The translations under genes were made by a program, and so were the position numbers. Positions 40,086 to 52,700 of a stretch of 64,000 nt of DNA are shown here, piece after piece. Source of the DNA: Selaginella moellendorffii (lineage: Eukaryota; Plantae; Lycopodiophyta); NCBI RefSeq assembly GCF_000143415.4, contig NW_003314265.1:3964443-4028442 (forward strand). Reading direction: 5' to 3'. The first letter of the stretch is position 1. Each line of letters opens with the position of its first letter. The notes beneath the pieces were generated by a model. The model saw only the letters and a list, made by a program, of their open reading frames with translations. It was not told the origin of the DNA and ran no database searches.

Positions 40086-43000
40086 TCAGACTGTTATTTT
40101 TTGCCTCCAACGCCTATACAATAATCTTGGAATTTCATCACTCTCCACACTATCAGGATTTAAACCCAATAGTAATGCCATCTCTTCTCTAATACGTCCA
40201 CGCTCATGTTCAGTGGTCGAAGAACCCATCTGGTTGAGCAGATTATAGAGATGCGGATAGTGCTTGGCTAGACAATATACATGCCATAAATGATGACTGG
40301 TGTCTGTCCGATCAAATGGCTTCTGATATACCGTTCCATCTGCCATTTGGTTGATTTCTGCAGCCACCTGGCCGGTTCTCTATCACCATCGTTTCAAGCC
40401 GTTTTGCAAGGTCCCCTAGAACATACGGTTTCTTCTCCCTAGTTTCCATACTGCAAGAGATGGGGTGCACTGCATATGTGTGCGTGTTCGCTGCAGTTTT
40501 AATCGGCGAGTCATCGATGATGAGGATTTCACTTGACTTAGCAATCCGGTTCATCACTACAGCCTCTGGCTTGACGAAGATGGGCTTGCTACCCCTCACA
40601 TGGACCATAGTCAAGCAATCCTCCTGCGTTAGGAGAAAGTTAAATGGTAATATTACTCGCGTCTGATCGTGCATCATCTGTAGCAACGTTAATGCATTGT
40701 GGCGCATCATGGATGTCCAAACTCCCAATTGCAAATTGAACCCGGCCCTCTGTTTTAAGTGTCGCATGGTCATTATTAGATCCCGCAGTTTCTCCCGTGT
40801 GATTAATGTGAATCTGTCTCTTTTGACCAACTTGCGACCGCAGGCTTTGGAGGGTGCAGTGACATTCGAGGACGAGCCACGCTCATGGGAGAAAAGGACA
40901 CCGTTCAGATCAAAAACGATACAGTACCTTCGCCGTGACTCTGAAATGAAATTCGTCAGCATAAAAAATGGTACAAGTCAATTTTACCATCTACAATATT
41001 AGCGAATGGTGCTCCCGATGGTCGTTGAGAGGGTTTTGGTCGAGGAAACGTGAAGGGCAGAAATACTCTCCTCTGCAATGTGGGGTCAATCGCATCCGAT
41101 GGCGTGTGGGCACATGCCATTTCAGCTGTAGACTCTGGTACAACTGGCTCAACAGTGGCATGGGGTGGTTCCGATGGCGTGTGATCACACGCCATTTCAG
41201 CTGGTGCCTCCGTTGGCAAAGTGGACATGACCGAACAGGCAGCAGGGGCGGTGTAGGGAGGTTCCAACGGCGCGTAGTCAGACGATTGGGCAAACGTTGG
41301 AAATGAGGATACGACCGGCTCGGCGGCTGGGGCGGCCTCATGCGGGTCCAATGGCGCCTGGTCACCGTCAGTTGGATACGTGGACAAGATTGACTCAGTG
41401 GTATGGGCAGCATCAAGTGGAGCGTGGTCAGCTTGCTTGGCGTTGATATGGATAGTAGCCTCCACCAGCTCTGATGACTCTTGCAGGCAAGTAGAGTCCA
41501 CTGGCGGATCCATATGCATGTCCAAATATCTCCCTTCGATTGAGATGGTATCCTCCCTACTGGCTACTAAAAACAAACTCATTAGCACATTGAATCGACT
41601 ATACTGTATTTACCATCAACTGCTATTGAGGAACTAGGACCGATATCACTTGGGCGCACTGTTGATTCTGAAGGATTGGACATACGTTTCGACCCTTGCT
41701 TGGCACTATCCTTCCTCAACACTAAAGGCTAGAGTTTGTATCTTAATTCAACTAAATAATCTCTACTTACCATTTCTTCTGCGACCTACATGGACAATGT
41801 TAGAAATGGTAAAAGGTTAGGAATGGATGTACTATTATTTACCTGATGGTTTGTCTTGTATGACCTTCCTCCGCTGCTCTTTGGCCACCTCAGGCTGGCC
41901 ATCATTGTCATCATCGTCATCGTCGTTATTGTGATCGTCACCATTGTGAGGACCATCCAAGTCCTCTTCGTCCTCCTCTTCTTCGTCCTCCTCTTTTTCG
42001 TCCTCCTCTTCTTTGTCCTCCTCTTCGTCCTTCTGCTCTTCCTGCTCATTATCTTTCTCTGGCTCCTCATCCCCCTCCTGCATTTCTTCCATAGGCTGCT
42101 CAGGCTGGATGGCTTGTTTTTCCAGAACCATCTTGGGAAAATCATCTGGCCGAGTCTCCATCTCAAAATACAAGACATCCATAGCCTGTTTTAGTGCTTG
42201 ACCTAGGACCGTATCCTCACCCGACTGTCTTAACATGGTTTCTGCACGTTCTTGCACCCTTCGAAGACGACGAGATGAGAAAAACGTGGCCCTGACTTGA
42301 AAAGCATCCCTCATCCATTGTACCTCTCCATTGAGATTGGGGAAGGGGAGTCCGCCATAGGAATCTGAGTCAGGAGGTGGTGACTGGCTCCTTTCACTCA
42401 GCCCTTGATCTGCAATGAATGGCATGAGCACACACGCCATAACCGCGAGGCATTACCTATAATCTTTTCGTTGCCCTTCTTCCTTTTCGAATCAAACGCC
42501 TCTGATCCCGATGACTGTCCAACGTGCTTTCGCTTTTTATGACCACTGTCAGTTTGAGCTTGGCTGGTGCTTGCTTGTTTTGCCTTTGAAGAAGTGTCTC
42601 CTGCAAGGAATGGCATGAGACCACACGCCATTGCAAATATAATTTGTACCTCCTTTTTTCCTATTGCTTGTCTGTTTGTCCTTCTTCGACGCGCCACCAG
42701 TGCGCTTTTCAGTCCTCGTGTCTGAATATTCACAACGATCTATAATCAAAATGGCGTGAGGCCTCACGTGACCTTACCTTGTGCAGGTTGTGAGCTCGGC
42801 CTAACATCAATAGCTGTTAACGCCGTTTCAGCATCTAGGGGTGGCCACGCTCCTGCATACAGAGCTTGTGAGATAACATTTAAACTTAAAGTGCGTACTC
42901 ACCAAGTTCGCAGAGAAGATACTGTTTTTCTTTGGCAACTGTAATTATATGCTCCATTGAAGTCACCTCTTCAATGGAGTTTTTTACCGCAACACACGGG

Positions 43001-45686
43001 ACACCCTTGAGTAGTGCGGCTCGAAAGAATAGTCCGCCGCAGTTGTACTCGACAACGCATTTGCCCTTGGAGTCACCCGCTATTGCGTTGAAGACCCAGC
43101 TGAGCATTTCCCATGCTGCACCTGGAGCTTTCTTTGGATTCGAAAGTTCCATAGCTGTCTTCAGTTCCTCAGGCACGGGTAAATTGACCTCCCTCAGATC
43201 AATTCGATCGGCCTTGTTGAACGAAGCTGGGAAGTCACTCCAGTCCCACTCTGCTGCAGGACCAATAACAAGGGCGAGTGTGAAGATGCAGACATTCGTC
43301 GGTATCTTCTTCTTAGCCATTATCCCATGGATCTCCCGCATCTCCTTGCCTTTCAACCGAGCCTTCACCTCGTTCAAGGCCTTCCAGAACTTGTGATAGG
43401 ATTCGGAGTCGTAAATCATATAGTGGACTGAAGATTCCACCTCCGCAAGTCCCACCATTAAGTCAATGATGGAGCTGACTTCGTCTGCATGAGTGATCTC
43501 CTCGTTTGTGAAGTCCATCACACAAAAGATGTTCTTGACCTGCTCATCTCCGCGGGAAACGATGCTCCTCCACCTTTGATCCTCATCCGAATTCACGTAT
43601 ACCCGGTAAGGTTCTCGATAGGCCTCTGCTGCGGGGTCGAGCTGTTTCTGAAGCCGGCGGTCGACATCCCTCTTAATGAAATTTGGATACTGATCCAACT
43701 TCTCAGCTTTACTTTTCGTGGCATCCCGCAGCAGATCGATGAACTTGGGGGCCCCCTTCACGTACTCGTCGATGTCTTCATTTGACAAGTCCAGCTCTTC
43801 CATCATCTCTTGTGTGGTGTCAATGCTCACCCTCTCCACGGCCACTTGCTCGAAGATCCAATCCTTCAATAGCGCACGAGCTCTCAGAGTCGTGCACAAG
43901 TCCTCGTATGTCACAATATGGCCGGGAGTCATTTTGGTCTTGTTGAAGACTACCTCACCACGTAGAAGAGCATTAGCCACTGTCAGAAGGTCGTCGTCGT
44001 CTAGAGACCGCGAGAAACGCAAGGCGTTGAGCTTCAAATCATTGGGCTTCCGGCCGTCCTCCACACCCATTGAGTTTAGCAACTCCCCGTCATGGTACCT
44101 CCTCAGCACATCTACCCATTTGTCAAAAACAACTTTTGTCACGAGTAGAATGTTATGGATGCTGAGTGTGTCATTGACCCCCAGTGTTTTCGAGAGAAGA
44201 CTCGAGAATTCCTGCAATGGAAATGGCGTGAGGCCACATGCTATGCCACATGCAACGAGGTTTACCTGCCAGGCGCTAGTTGCTAGTGCACGTCCTTGTC
44301 CTGGTTTTTGTGGCTTCTTCAGTTGAACCCAGAGCTTCCGTGTTTGTGCCAATATCTCGTGCAGACCCGATTTGTAGCACGTTTCTTGCTTGACATTCTG
44401 CGCGTGGGAGATGTATATGATAGATCGGAGGGGCGAGTTGCCTTTTATCAGGCGGATAACTCTTGTCTTGAAGACTTTCGTCACCTCCTCGCCCACCATA
44501 ATATCCACAACTATCTGTTGCATCGCCAAGCTAGAATGCTGCCCGGAGACGGCATAGAACCGGATGTTCTTATCGTCCAACATCTTCCTATTGATCAAGT
44601 CTGGAAACCTCGTCTCGCCCTTCATTTTTCGGTAGTAGGGGATCACGTCTGCGATGTCGGGTGTTACTGGACTTGCCAGCATCTTCTGCTTCAGTTTCTC
44701 CACCCACTCATCAGATACTAGCCTGTGGTTGTATTTGCTTTGGATATCGATACGGCTCACGTCGATTGTATATACTTTGTTGGAATAGTAACAAGTACTA
44801 TTATCTGCGACGATTTTTGCTGCCTCTTCTTGCTCTTTCTGCTCTTTGCGGCTCTTCTTTTTGGTGGGTGTAGTGTTCGAACCCGAGGCAATGGCATCAC
44901 CGAGTAGCTTCTTTTTTGGAGCAGCAAAGTTGGACGTCGGCTTGAGCTTGACCACCCTTTTCTGCTTCGGGGTAGTTTCCAGATCGACCCCCTTCCCCTT
45001 CGCTTTGCGAACTGGAGGCACTCTCAATGGCTCAATGTTGGAATATAGTTTTTGAACATCGCCATAGGTGAGGTCCGTGGATTCCATGTGATCTTCATAG
45101 ACCCGCAGCGTCTTTGAAATTGTGGGCCTCCTGGACAACCTCTCCCTAGCTCCATCTAGGAATTCCTCATAGCCGCTGCCCCCCTCCGGGAAGCCGCTAG
45201 GATGTGCAAGGTGGATCTTAAAGGCGGACGCTGTCTCTACCACAAGTGTCAGTCCATATTCTTGCATGGAACTGCATGGAGTGTCTGTCACTTGGATGAG
45301 GATCCCCATGCATTCTTTTCTCCCACCATCTGTGTTGTACAGCATCAGATCCTCGCCTTCCATCCCGAAAGTCCAACTGGTGAGCTCCTCCCCCTTCTCT
45401 GCATCCACATTGACAGTGGCTGGAAGAAGAACGCAATTCCTCGCCTGTTCAGAAATGCACAACAATTAGAGCTGACAGATGAAAAGCTAGCAGCTGGAAA
45501 TAACGTGAGGCCACACGCCATTCACCACTGCATCAGATGTCTTGAGGCTGCATCCTAAGATGGCGTGAGGCTACACGCCATCTGTAACTGGACTGCACTT
45601 GAGAGCCCAATTGGTACATGCCAATGTTGCTACTGAATGGCATGTGGCCTCATGCCATTTTCTACTTGGCCTAAAAGACTTACCAT
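40086..45686 (-). CDS. 11-exon transposon cargo gene: ParB/Srx-like + degenerate DNA amino-methyltransferase-like + FCP1-like HAD phosphatase (probable +1 frameshift near 40368)
   Basis: GT-AG introns at 45445-45683, 44212-44265, 42853-42902, 42722-42777, 42601-42649, 42410-42456, 41786-41842, 41722-41770, 41567-41613 and 40941-40987 join the ORF-track fragments in one frame: 1559 aa to the stop at 40312, or 1634 aa to 40086 if one G is removed. Motifs: NHRLVSDEWVEKL and FYAVSGQHSSLA; KCVVEYNCGG..AALLKG; IVFDLNGVL and IIDDSP. Confidence 0.75.
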
Positions 45687-46061
45687 TTGAAGTCGAATGG
45701 AGGCCGTGACAATCGAGGCCGGACTCGCTGGCGAATGTGCACTGTGTGTGCAGCAGATCGTAGTAGCAAGGCTACTCTGCCACTTACAGTTGGAGAGTGG
45801 CGCTGAAATCTCCCGGGACGCCAAGTGGGCTGCGTGTGGGTGGCGGAGTGGGCGGCGGAGTTGGCGGCGGAGTTGGCGGCGAAGTTACAAACTGGGTGTG
45901 TCTTGAAGTGGACGCTGATGCACACGAGTGCGATGCGAGCGCGAGTGTGATGCAAGCGCGAGTGGACGCCGATGCACACGAGAAACCTGTAGAGAAGGTA
46001 GATGAGCGCGAATGTGAGTGTGATCGCGTGTGGGAGTGCGATGCGAGCACGAGTGTGATGC

Positions 46062-49000
46062 TGTGAGACACAAAATCCCTAGGCCCCAAAGTGGAGCCGA
46101 AAAGGGTGCCACGTGGTAGTGGCTGAAGCGAGAGCCAAACGAGCGTAACACGTTTGGACCAAAAGCTCCGACTTGAAAAGTCAAGAGCGGGAGTGGAACT
46201 CCCAAGAAAGTGTTCAAGGAATGAGCACGAAGCGAGCAATAAGCGAGGCTCCAAAAAGGGACCCAAAGGGACCAACACATGACACGTGGAAGTGTCCGAG
46301 ATGGACCCGAGTTGGAGTCCGAAGTGGAGTCCGAGTTGGAGTCCGAGATGGTGTCCGAGATGGTGTCCGAGATGGAGTCCGAGATGGAGTCCGAGGTGGA
46401 GTCCGAGGTGGAGTCTGAGATGGAGTCTGAGATGGAGTCCGAGGTGGAGTCCAAGGTGGAGTCCGAGGTGGACCCGAGATGGACCCGAGATGGAGTCCGA
46501 GGTGGAGTCCGAGGTGGACCCGAAATGGACCCGAAATGGAGTCCGAGATGGAGTCCGAGATGGACCCGAGATGGGACCCGAGATGGACCCGAGACAGAGT
46601 CCGAGGTGGACCCGAGACGGAGTTCGAGGTGGAGTCCGAGATGGAGTCCGAGATAGAGTCCGAGTTGGAGTCCGAGATGGAGTCCGAGATGGAGTCCGAG
46701 TTGGAGTCCAAGATGGACCCGAGATGTAGTCCAAAGTCGAGACCGGGACTGAGACCGAGACCGGGACCGAGACCGAGACCGAGACCGAGATCGGGACCGA
46801 GACCGAGACCGAGGCCGAGCCTAAGTCCGAGTCCGAGTCCGAGTCCGAGTTTGAGTCCGAGTCCAAGTCCGAGTCCGGAGCCTGAGAGGGTGAAAGCCCA
46901 AAGCGTTCGTCTCCCAGACCCTGGGGGGTTTGGTGAGCTCCAAAAGTATAGTAGGGGGAGGACTGCAGTGGAGCCAGTTTGTCCAGGAAAGGCCAGTTTG
47001 GCCTAGGAAGGCCGGACCCAGTGTTGGGTGATGAGCTGCTCACTGGGAAGTCCAAGACTAGAGTGAACACAGACCGACAAGCGGGGTAGCTTGGTGAAGT
47101 GTTCAAGAGCCGGCTCTAGTTCCCCCGGGAGATCGACTGGCCGATGCTCCCAGTCCAAGTGTGGGTGGCACTACCTACTTGGATACCTGGTGTGGCTCAA
47201 CGGAACCCGCTCTAAGCCCATGGCTAGAGCACCCAAGGGCAGAAGGCGAGGAGAGTACCCAGGTGGCTCGCGTAAGGCCACGGTGTTCCGAAATGTTGTC
47301 CCAAAGGCCCAGACTGTGGAAAGGAAGAGGAGCAGTCCTCTGGGGTAGTGACCAAGGACACAATCGTGTGGTGAGGAAGTCCCAGAGGACCGTGGGACTT
47401 AGTGGCCGGGCCTGTGGGTCTCGATCCAGTGGCAGTGTTGGCAAACACGGCCAGGGGTAGAAAGGGACTTAGTGGGGACTGACAGAGGGATATTGGGGAA
47501 GGCTATTCCCCTTGTCGGTGGGCATCCTAAGGATGCTAAGGAGTGGATCTGAGATGACCACTCACGGATGGTTTGCCTAGTCTTGGAGAGCCAAGACGGT
47601 GATGCAAGTGGTATTGGACTACCAGTGTGGCAAAGGTGATTGGGCATGGCCTTAGCGTAACGGGCTGTTATGTCGGTGATACCTTTGAGTGTCGGTCGTG
47701 GGATCGGACACGTGGAGCACTTGGACCAAGTGCAAATATTGAGTGGCATGGATACCATTCTTGGGGCTAGCAAGTCCCAAGTCCTGGATTGGACTTATGG
47801 AGGTTGTGAATGAGACTCCTCCAAGTGGTCAGAGGGGTGGTTAAGTGACTAAAGTAGAATGGAAAATTTAGTCGCTTACAACTTGGTATCGGAGCTGTTC
47901 CTTAGTTTGACTTTTATTGGTGCTCAAGTATATCACCATTGATGTTGGCATTGGAAGGTCCTAGGAGTGGGCCGATCCTTGAGGAGGAGCATATCGAGAG
48001 GACATGGCTCTCCACTCAAGTTCATGCGTGAGCTTGGGCACAATGTGGTGGATAGAAAAGGGCCAATAATGGAACGACTTTGGGATCTTGGGAACAGTAT
48101 AAGGTCTCCTCAGAGAGCTGAGGATGTGATCCAAATGAGCGTTTGACGCAGCAAACGGGCTAACGTAGTTGTGATAAACAACTATAGTTGGGATCACGAG
48201 AAAGATGTAGACTCCAAAACAATAAAGGAGTCACAAGATTATCCTCACATAGTTGAGGATGGTGCTCATGAATGTGAGACCAGAGGTAATGACCGTGGGA
48301 GATCAAATACGGAAGAGGACTCAAGTCCTTGAAATGGTAGCCAGGGCTACCTTTAATAAATGCTGGAACAACCCAAGGAGTTGGGGGGTGTACTTAGAGA
48401 TGAGTTGGTATTCTCATCGCATGGACAAGTAGTCCTAAGGGGCAAAGGTTTCCCCCAGAGAACAAAATCAAGTGTCAGAGTAACACTTGTGAAAATAGTC
48501 CTTTTGAGTAGGACAGGAATGCAAGAAGTGTATTCCAGTGAGCTAGTGCCTCACAAGTAGGACCTTACGGGTCTATGGATTAACCAAGTCCAAAACTGTT
48601 GGATGACTCAAGTAGAGTCAAGGGATGGTCCTAAAAGGACCAATGGAAGCATTTGGACTGAGGTGTGTTGTACCCCACAAAGGATGGGAGGGGATCATAG
48701 GATCCAAGGATGAGAGCAAAGGGTATCTCATCAATGGCAAAATGTGCCATGCTAAAGTCGTGGGAAAGGTGTTCCCAAAAAGAAAACAACTTTGACACAA
48801 AGTTGTGTATGACCTCTATGATGCAGTGCTAACGGATGGTTGGCATGAGAAAGCGTGGTATTGATCTTGGCAAAGACTTAGACACAAAGAAGAAGTGTTA
48901 TAGAGGTAGGCTCGTGGAGCCGATGGTGTGGAGACACCAAATATGCCAAGGTGTGATACCTTGAGGCTATGTTGGTGGGTTCATGAGAACCTCTTGCCAA

Positions 49001-52000
49001 AGGAATCCCAATAGAAATGGGAATGACATAGCCTAAGCTGCAGAGCATGCAGTTGGAGTGTGGTGACCCAGATAATGATAGAGGTGTGGAAGCACTAGCA
49101 ATGAGTTGTAGGACTTGACAATTACGAGGCAACTAAGCAAGAGGTGCCAAATAATTGGTTAAACAGGTAGAAGGTAGCTACCCAAACCTTCTTAATGGCA
49201 TAGGAAAGTTGGATATACCCTTATGGGGGATGAGTTGCTTATGTTGCGATATAGTAAGTCAATGTCATAAAAGAAAATACTCATTGTCAAGAAAGCCGTC
49301 ATTGGGACACCCAAACACTCTAGAACACCAAGAGGTGGTGTTTGATGTCGTGAGGGCAGTAGATAAGGCCCAAGGGACTAAGTCCCTAGCGAACGATGGA
49401 TAGTAGGTGCTATCCAAATGTCCAAGGTGGCGAGACAGGAGAAGACTGTCTACTCGAATTGGACAAAGCCAAAAATGGAATTTTGGCAAGGCTAGCGATG
49501 GGCATGCAAAGGCCCGTAAGCAACAACGTAATCCCGGTGTGTGGGATTATAGGGTGAGCATACCTGGATTGAGGAACCACTCCCTAGGCTATTGGGTAGG
49601 TTCATCCCTAAGAATACTTGCTAAGGCATGATAGAAAGTGCAAAGGCTATCCTCCTGGTCTGGAGGAGAATGACCGAAGGAAAGGTGTGAAGCCAAAAGC
49701 AAGAAGTAAGGGGATAGAACCGAACCATAGGAATTGAAGGGCATAACCAAGGTTGGTTATGCTAGCTGGGAGTGGAGAATCAAGTGGGGGCTCGAGGGTG
49801 TTGCTGCTAGCAACCGTGATGCCATGGAGAGTCTAAAATATGGAATTGTCCATATTAGACTATATGGTAATTAGAAAGCTTGCAAAAAGGGGGGCCTTAG
49901 CAAGCTAAGGGACAGAGTTCCTTCAAGGTTCCCAAAGAGGATTCTAGGTAGCGTAGTACCTAGAAAGGCCAAGCGTAAATGGTTCAAGGAACGCGCGAAA
50001 TCAGAGTGGTGCAGCAGAAGCGTGGTCTTGAAGCTTGCCATGAGGCAAGGCTATCAAGGTTAGGGAAGTAGTTCCCGAGTGTTCAAAGAGAAGGCTTTGA
50101 ACGAAAGTCGATGATCAAGGGCTTTCACGCTTGTGCAGGAACCATGTTATAGTGGTCGGAGGACTTGCCAAAGCGAGATTGGCAAGTCAAGGGAACAAAT
50201 ACCCTAGTTGAAGGTGCTAACTTCAAAAAGGGTGGCCCATGGGGCCAAGCATGGAGGAGCCCATGCATGATCACAGATATGTCAAGTGAGAGGACTTGGC
50301 AGTGTGGGGGAACTAGGTTCCTAAGCTGTGATCTGTAGCGCGCTTTAAAAATAAGTTGGTACACCGGCGTGGGGAGTCACGCTAGGCATCTTGTGTGATG
50401 CCGTCCGTAGATGCATATACGGAGGTTGGGTTCGAGTCCCGACCCTCTAGTGCTTGGGTTCGAGTCCCAAATCACTAGGGCGTGGTGATGGTTTGGAATA
50501 TGAGGACACTCATATTTCGGTGGTCATGGACTCTCAGTGGGGAGACTGGTTTGGGCACACCGCCAAGCGAGGGATGCCTTGGAGTCGTGATGCACAGTTA
50601 GATTGCTTAGTGTGAAAGCTCGGCATATCTAACTTGAATGCTTTGGTGCAAGTGGCACCAAGGACGTGGTGAGTGAGATGGGGACACCTGATCTCAGTTG
50701 CTATGGACCCTTGGCCGGAAGGGCTGGCTTGGGCGCACCGCCAAGTGTGGGGGATGCCCCCGGGGTCGTAGTTAACAAGTTAAAGGTCTAGAAGACCTAG
50801 TACCTATTGGCAAACCTGTTAAGGTGCCGAGGTGAGATCACTAGGTGATCTTGTGGCTAAATAAGGACAAGGTCCTTGTTTGGGTTAAGGAATAAGGTTC
50901 CTAGTTCAAAGTGTTGATTTGAACTATTGATGATGGTGTGGCTTGGTCAAGGTGACCAAGTGGGAAAAGCACCTTAGGGAAATGAGCTATGTCATTGCGA
51001 TGGCATAGTGTGTCCAAGGAAAGTAGTCTCTAAAGAGACCCATGAGAGGGTCACAAAGTTGGGCCGAGGATAGAGCCCATAGCAGAAGATGCTAAAAGAG
51101 ACTTACTAGGGGTGAACACCCTAGTCTTGGCAAAGCAGAGCCTTTGCTATGGAATCAAAAGAACACCTCAAGGAGGGAGGTAGAGATTCGATGTTGCTTG
51201 GTGCAACAATCAATGGATAGGAGCAAAAGATGAGTGGCCAAGATAGGGCTGTGGAATTCCTTGGAAGGAATCCAAGTGACAAAGTTAGGCGAGGAACACT
51301 AATGTGTTGGACGCTAACAAATTGCGGGAAAGGAAGTGTGTTTCCAAGGATGGATTCCGAATTGCTCCGATTTGGCGAAAGTGGAAGCTCCAAGGGAGGG
51401 AGCGGTAAGGTAGCCAAATGATAGGGCGATGGACAACCCTAGCACAAAGTGTGATAAATGGAACTTAGTGCCCAAGGTGGCACAAAATAGAAGAGAGGAT
51501 GATGGTGTCCTCAAGTAATGAACTTCCTAGGATAGGGAAGTGGAGTTGCACAATCTGTGCAATGCAAGGTGTTGGAGACACCTAGGAAATTGACTTCCAA
51601 AAGTCAAAAGAGTAAAAGTTCCAAGGTGCAAACATTCAATAGATGGAAATTGAGACTACTCGAGAAGGAGTAGTGGGATTGACTTAAAGAAGGGTCTCTA
51701 AGAGGTTTAGCGAGAACTAAACCAATAAAAGAAGAGAACCACTACATGTGGTCCAACCAGTCTCTAAGTTGGAGAGACTACCCTCCTTAGAGGATAGGCA
51801 AAGCATGGTGGGCCTTTGGTGTCAAACCATTGAGGCATATGCAAAAGGCATGGTGAGCCTTCAATGTCAAACCATTGACAAAAATTGGCTAGGTGCCAAG
51901 GATGGAAATGGTAACACATGTGAGTGTTACTTTACAAAATGGTTTACCGTTCGATGAGGACATCGAACTTCGTCTATGGGTGGTGGAGTTGTGAGACACA

Positions 52001-52668
52001 AAATCCCTAGGCCCCAAAGTGGAGCCGGAAAGAGTGCCACGTGGTAGTGGCTGAAGCGAGAGCCAAACGAGCGTAACACGTTTGGACCAAAAGCTCCGAC
52101 TTGAAAAGTCAAGAGCGGGAGTGGAACTCCCAACAAAGTGTTCAAGGAATGAGCACGAAGCGAGCAATAAGCGAGGCTCCAAAAAGGGACCCAAAGGGAC
52201 CAACACATGACACGTGGAAGTGTCCGAGATGGACCCGAGTTGGAGTCCGAAGTGGAGTCCGAGTTGGAGTCCGAGATGGTGTCCGAGATGGTGTCCGAGA
52301 TGGAGTCCGAGATGGAGTCCGAGGTGGAGTCTGAGATGGAGTCCGAGATGGAGTCCGAGGTGGAGTCCGAGGTGGAGTCCGAGGTGGAGTCCGAGGTGGA
52401 CCCGAGATGGACCCGAGATGGAGTCCAAGGTGGAGTCCGAGGTGGACCCGAAATGGACCCGAAATGGAGTCCGAGATGGAGTCCGAGATGGACCCGAGAT
52501 GGGACCCGAGATGGACCCGAGACAGAGTCCGAGGTGGACCCGAGACGGAGTCCGAGGTGGAGTCCGAGATGGAGTCCGAGATGGAGTCCGAGTTGGAGTC
52601 CGAGTTGGAGTCCAAGATGGACCCGAGATGGAGTCCAAAGTCGAGACCGGGACCGAGACCGAGACCGG

Positions 52669-52700
<32 letters not shown>

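Noticed and set aside
40312-45465. Treating the 859-, 201-, 210- and 216-aa minus-strand ORFs as separate genes
   Set aside because: Canonical GT-AG introns join them in one continuous frame, and their listed starts lie inside predicted introns.
50365-50480. tRNA gene or tRNA-derived SINE
   Set aside because: T-loops are present, but I cannot build a canonical cloverleaf with acceptor and anticodon stems, and there is no poly-T/A tail; kept only as a structured element.
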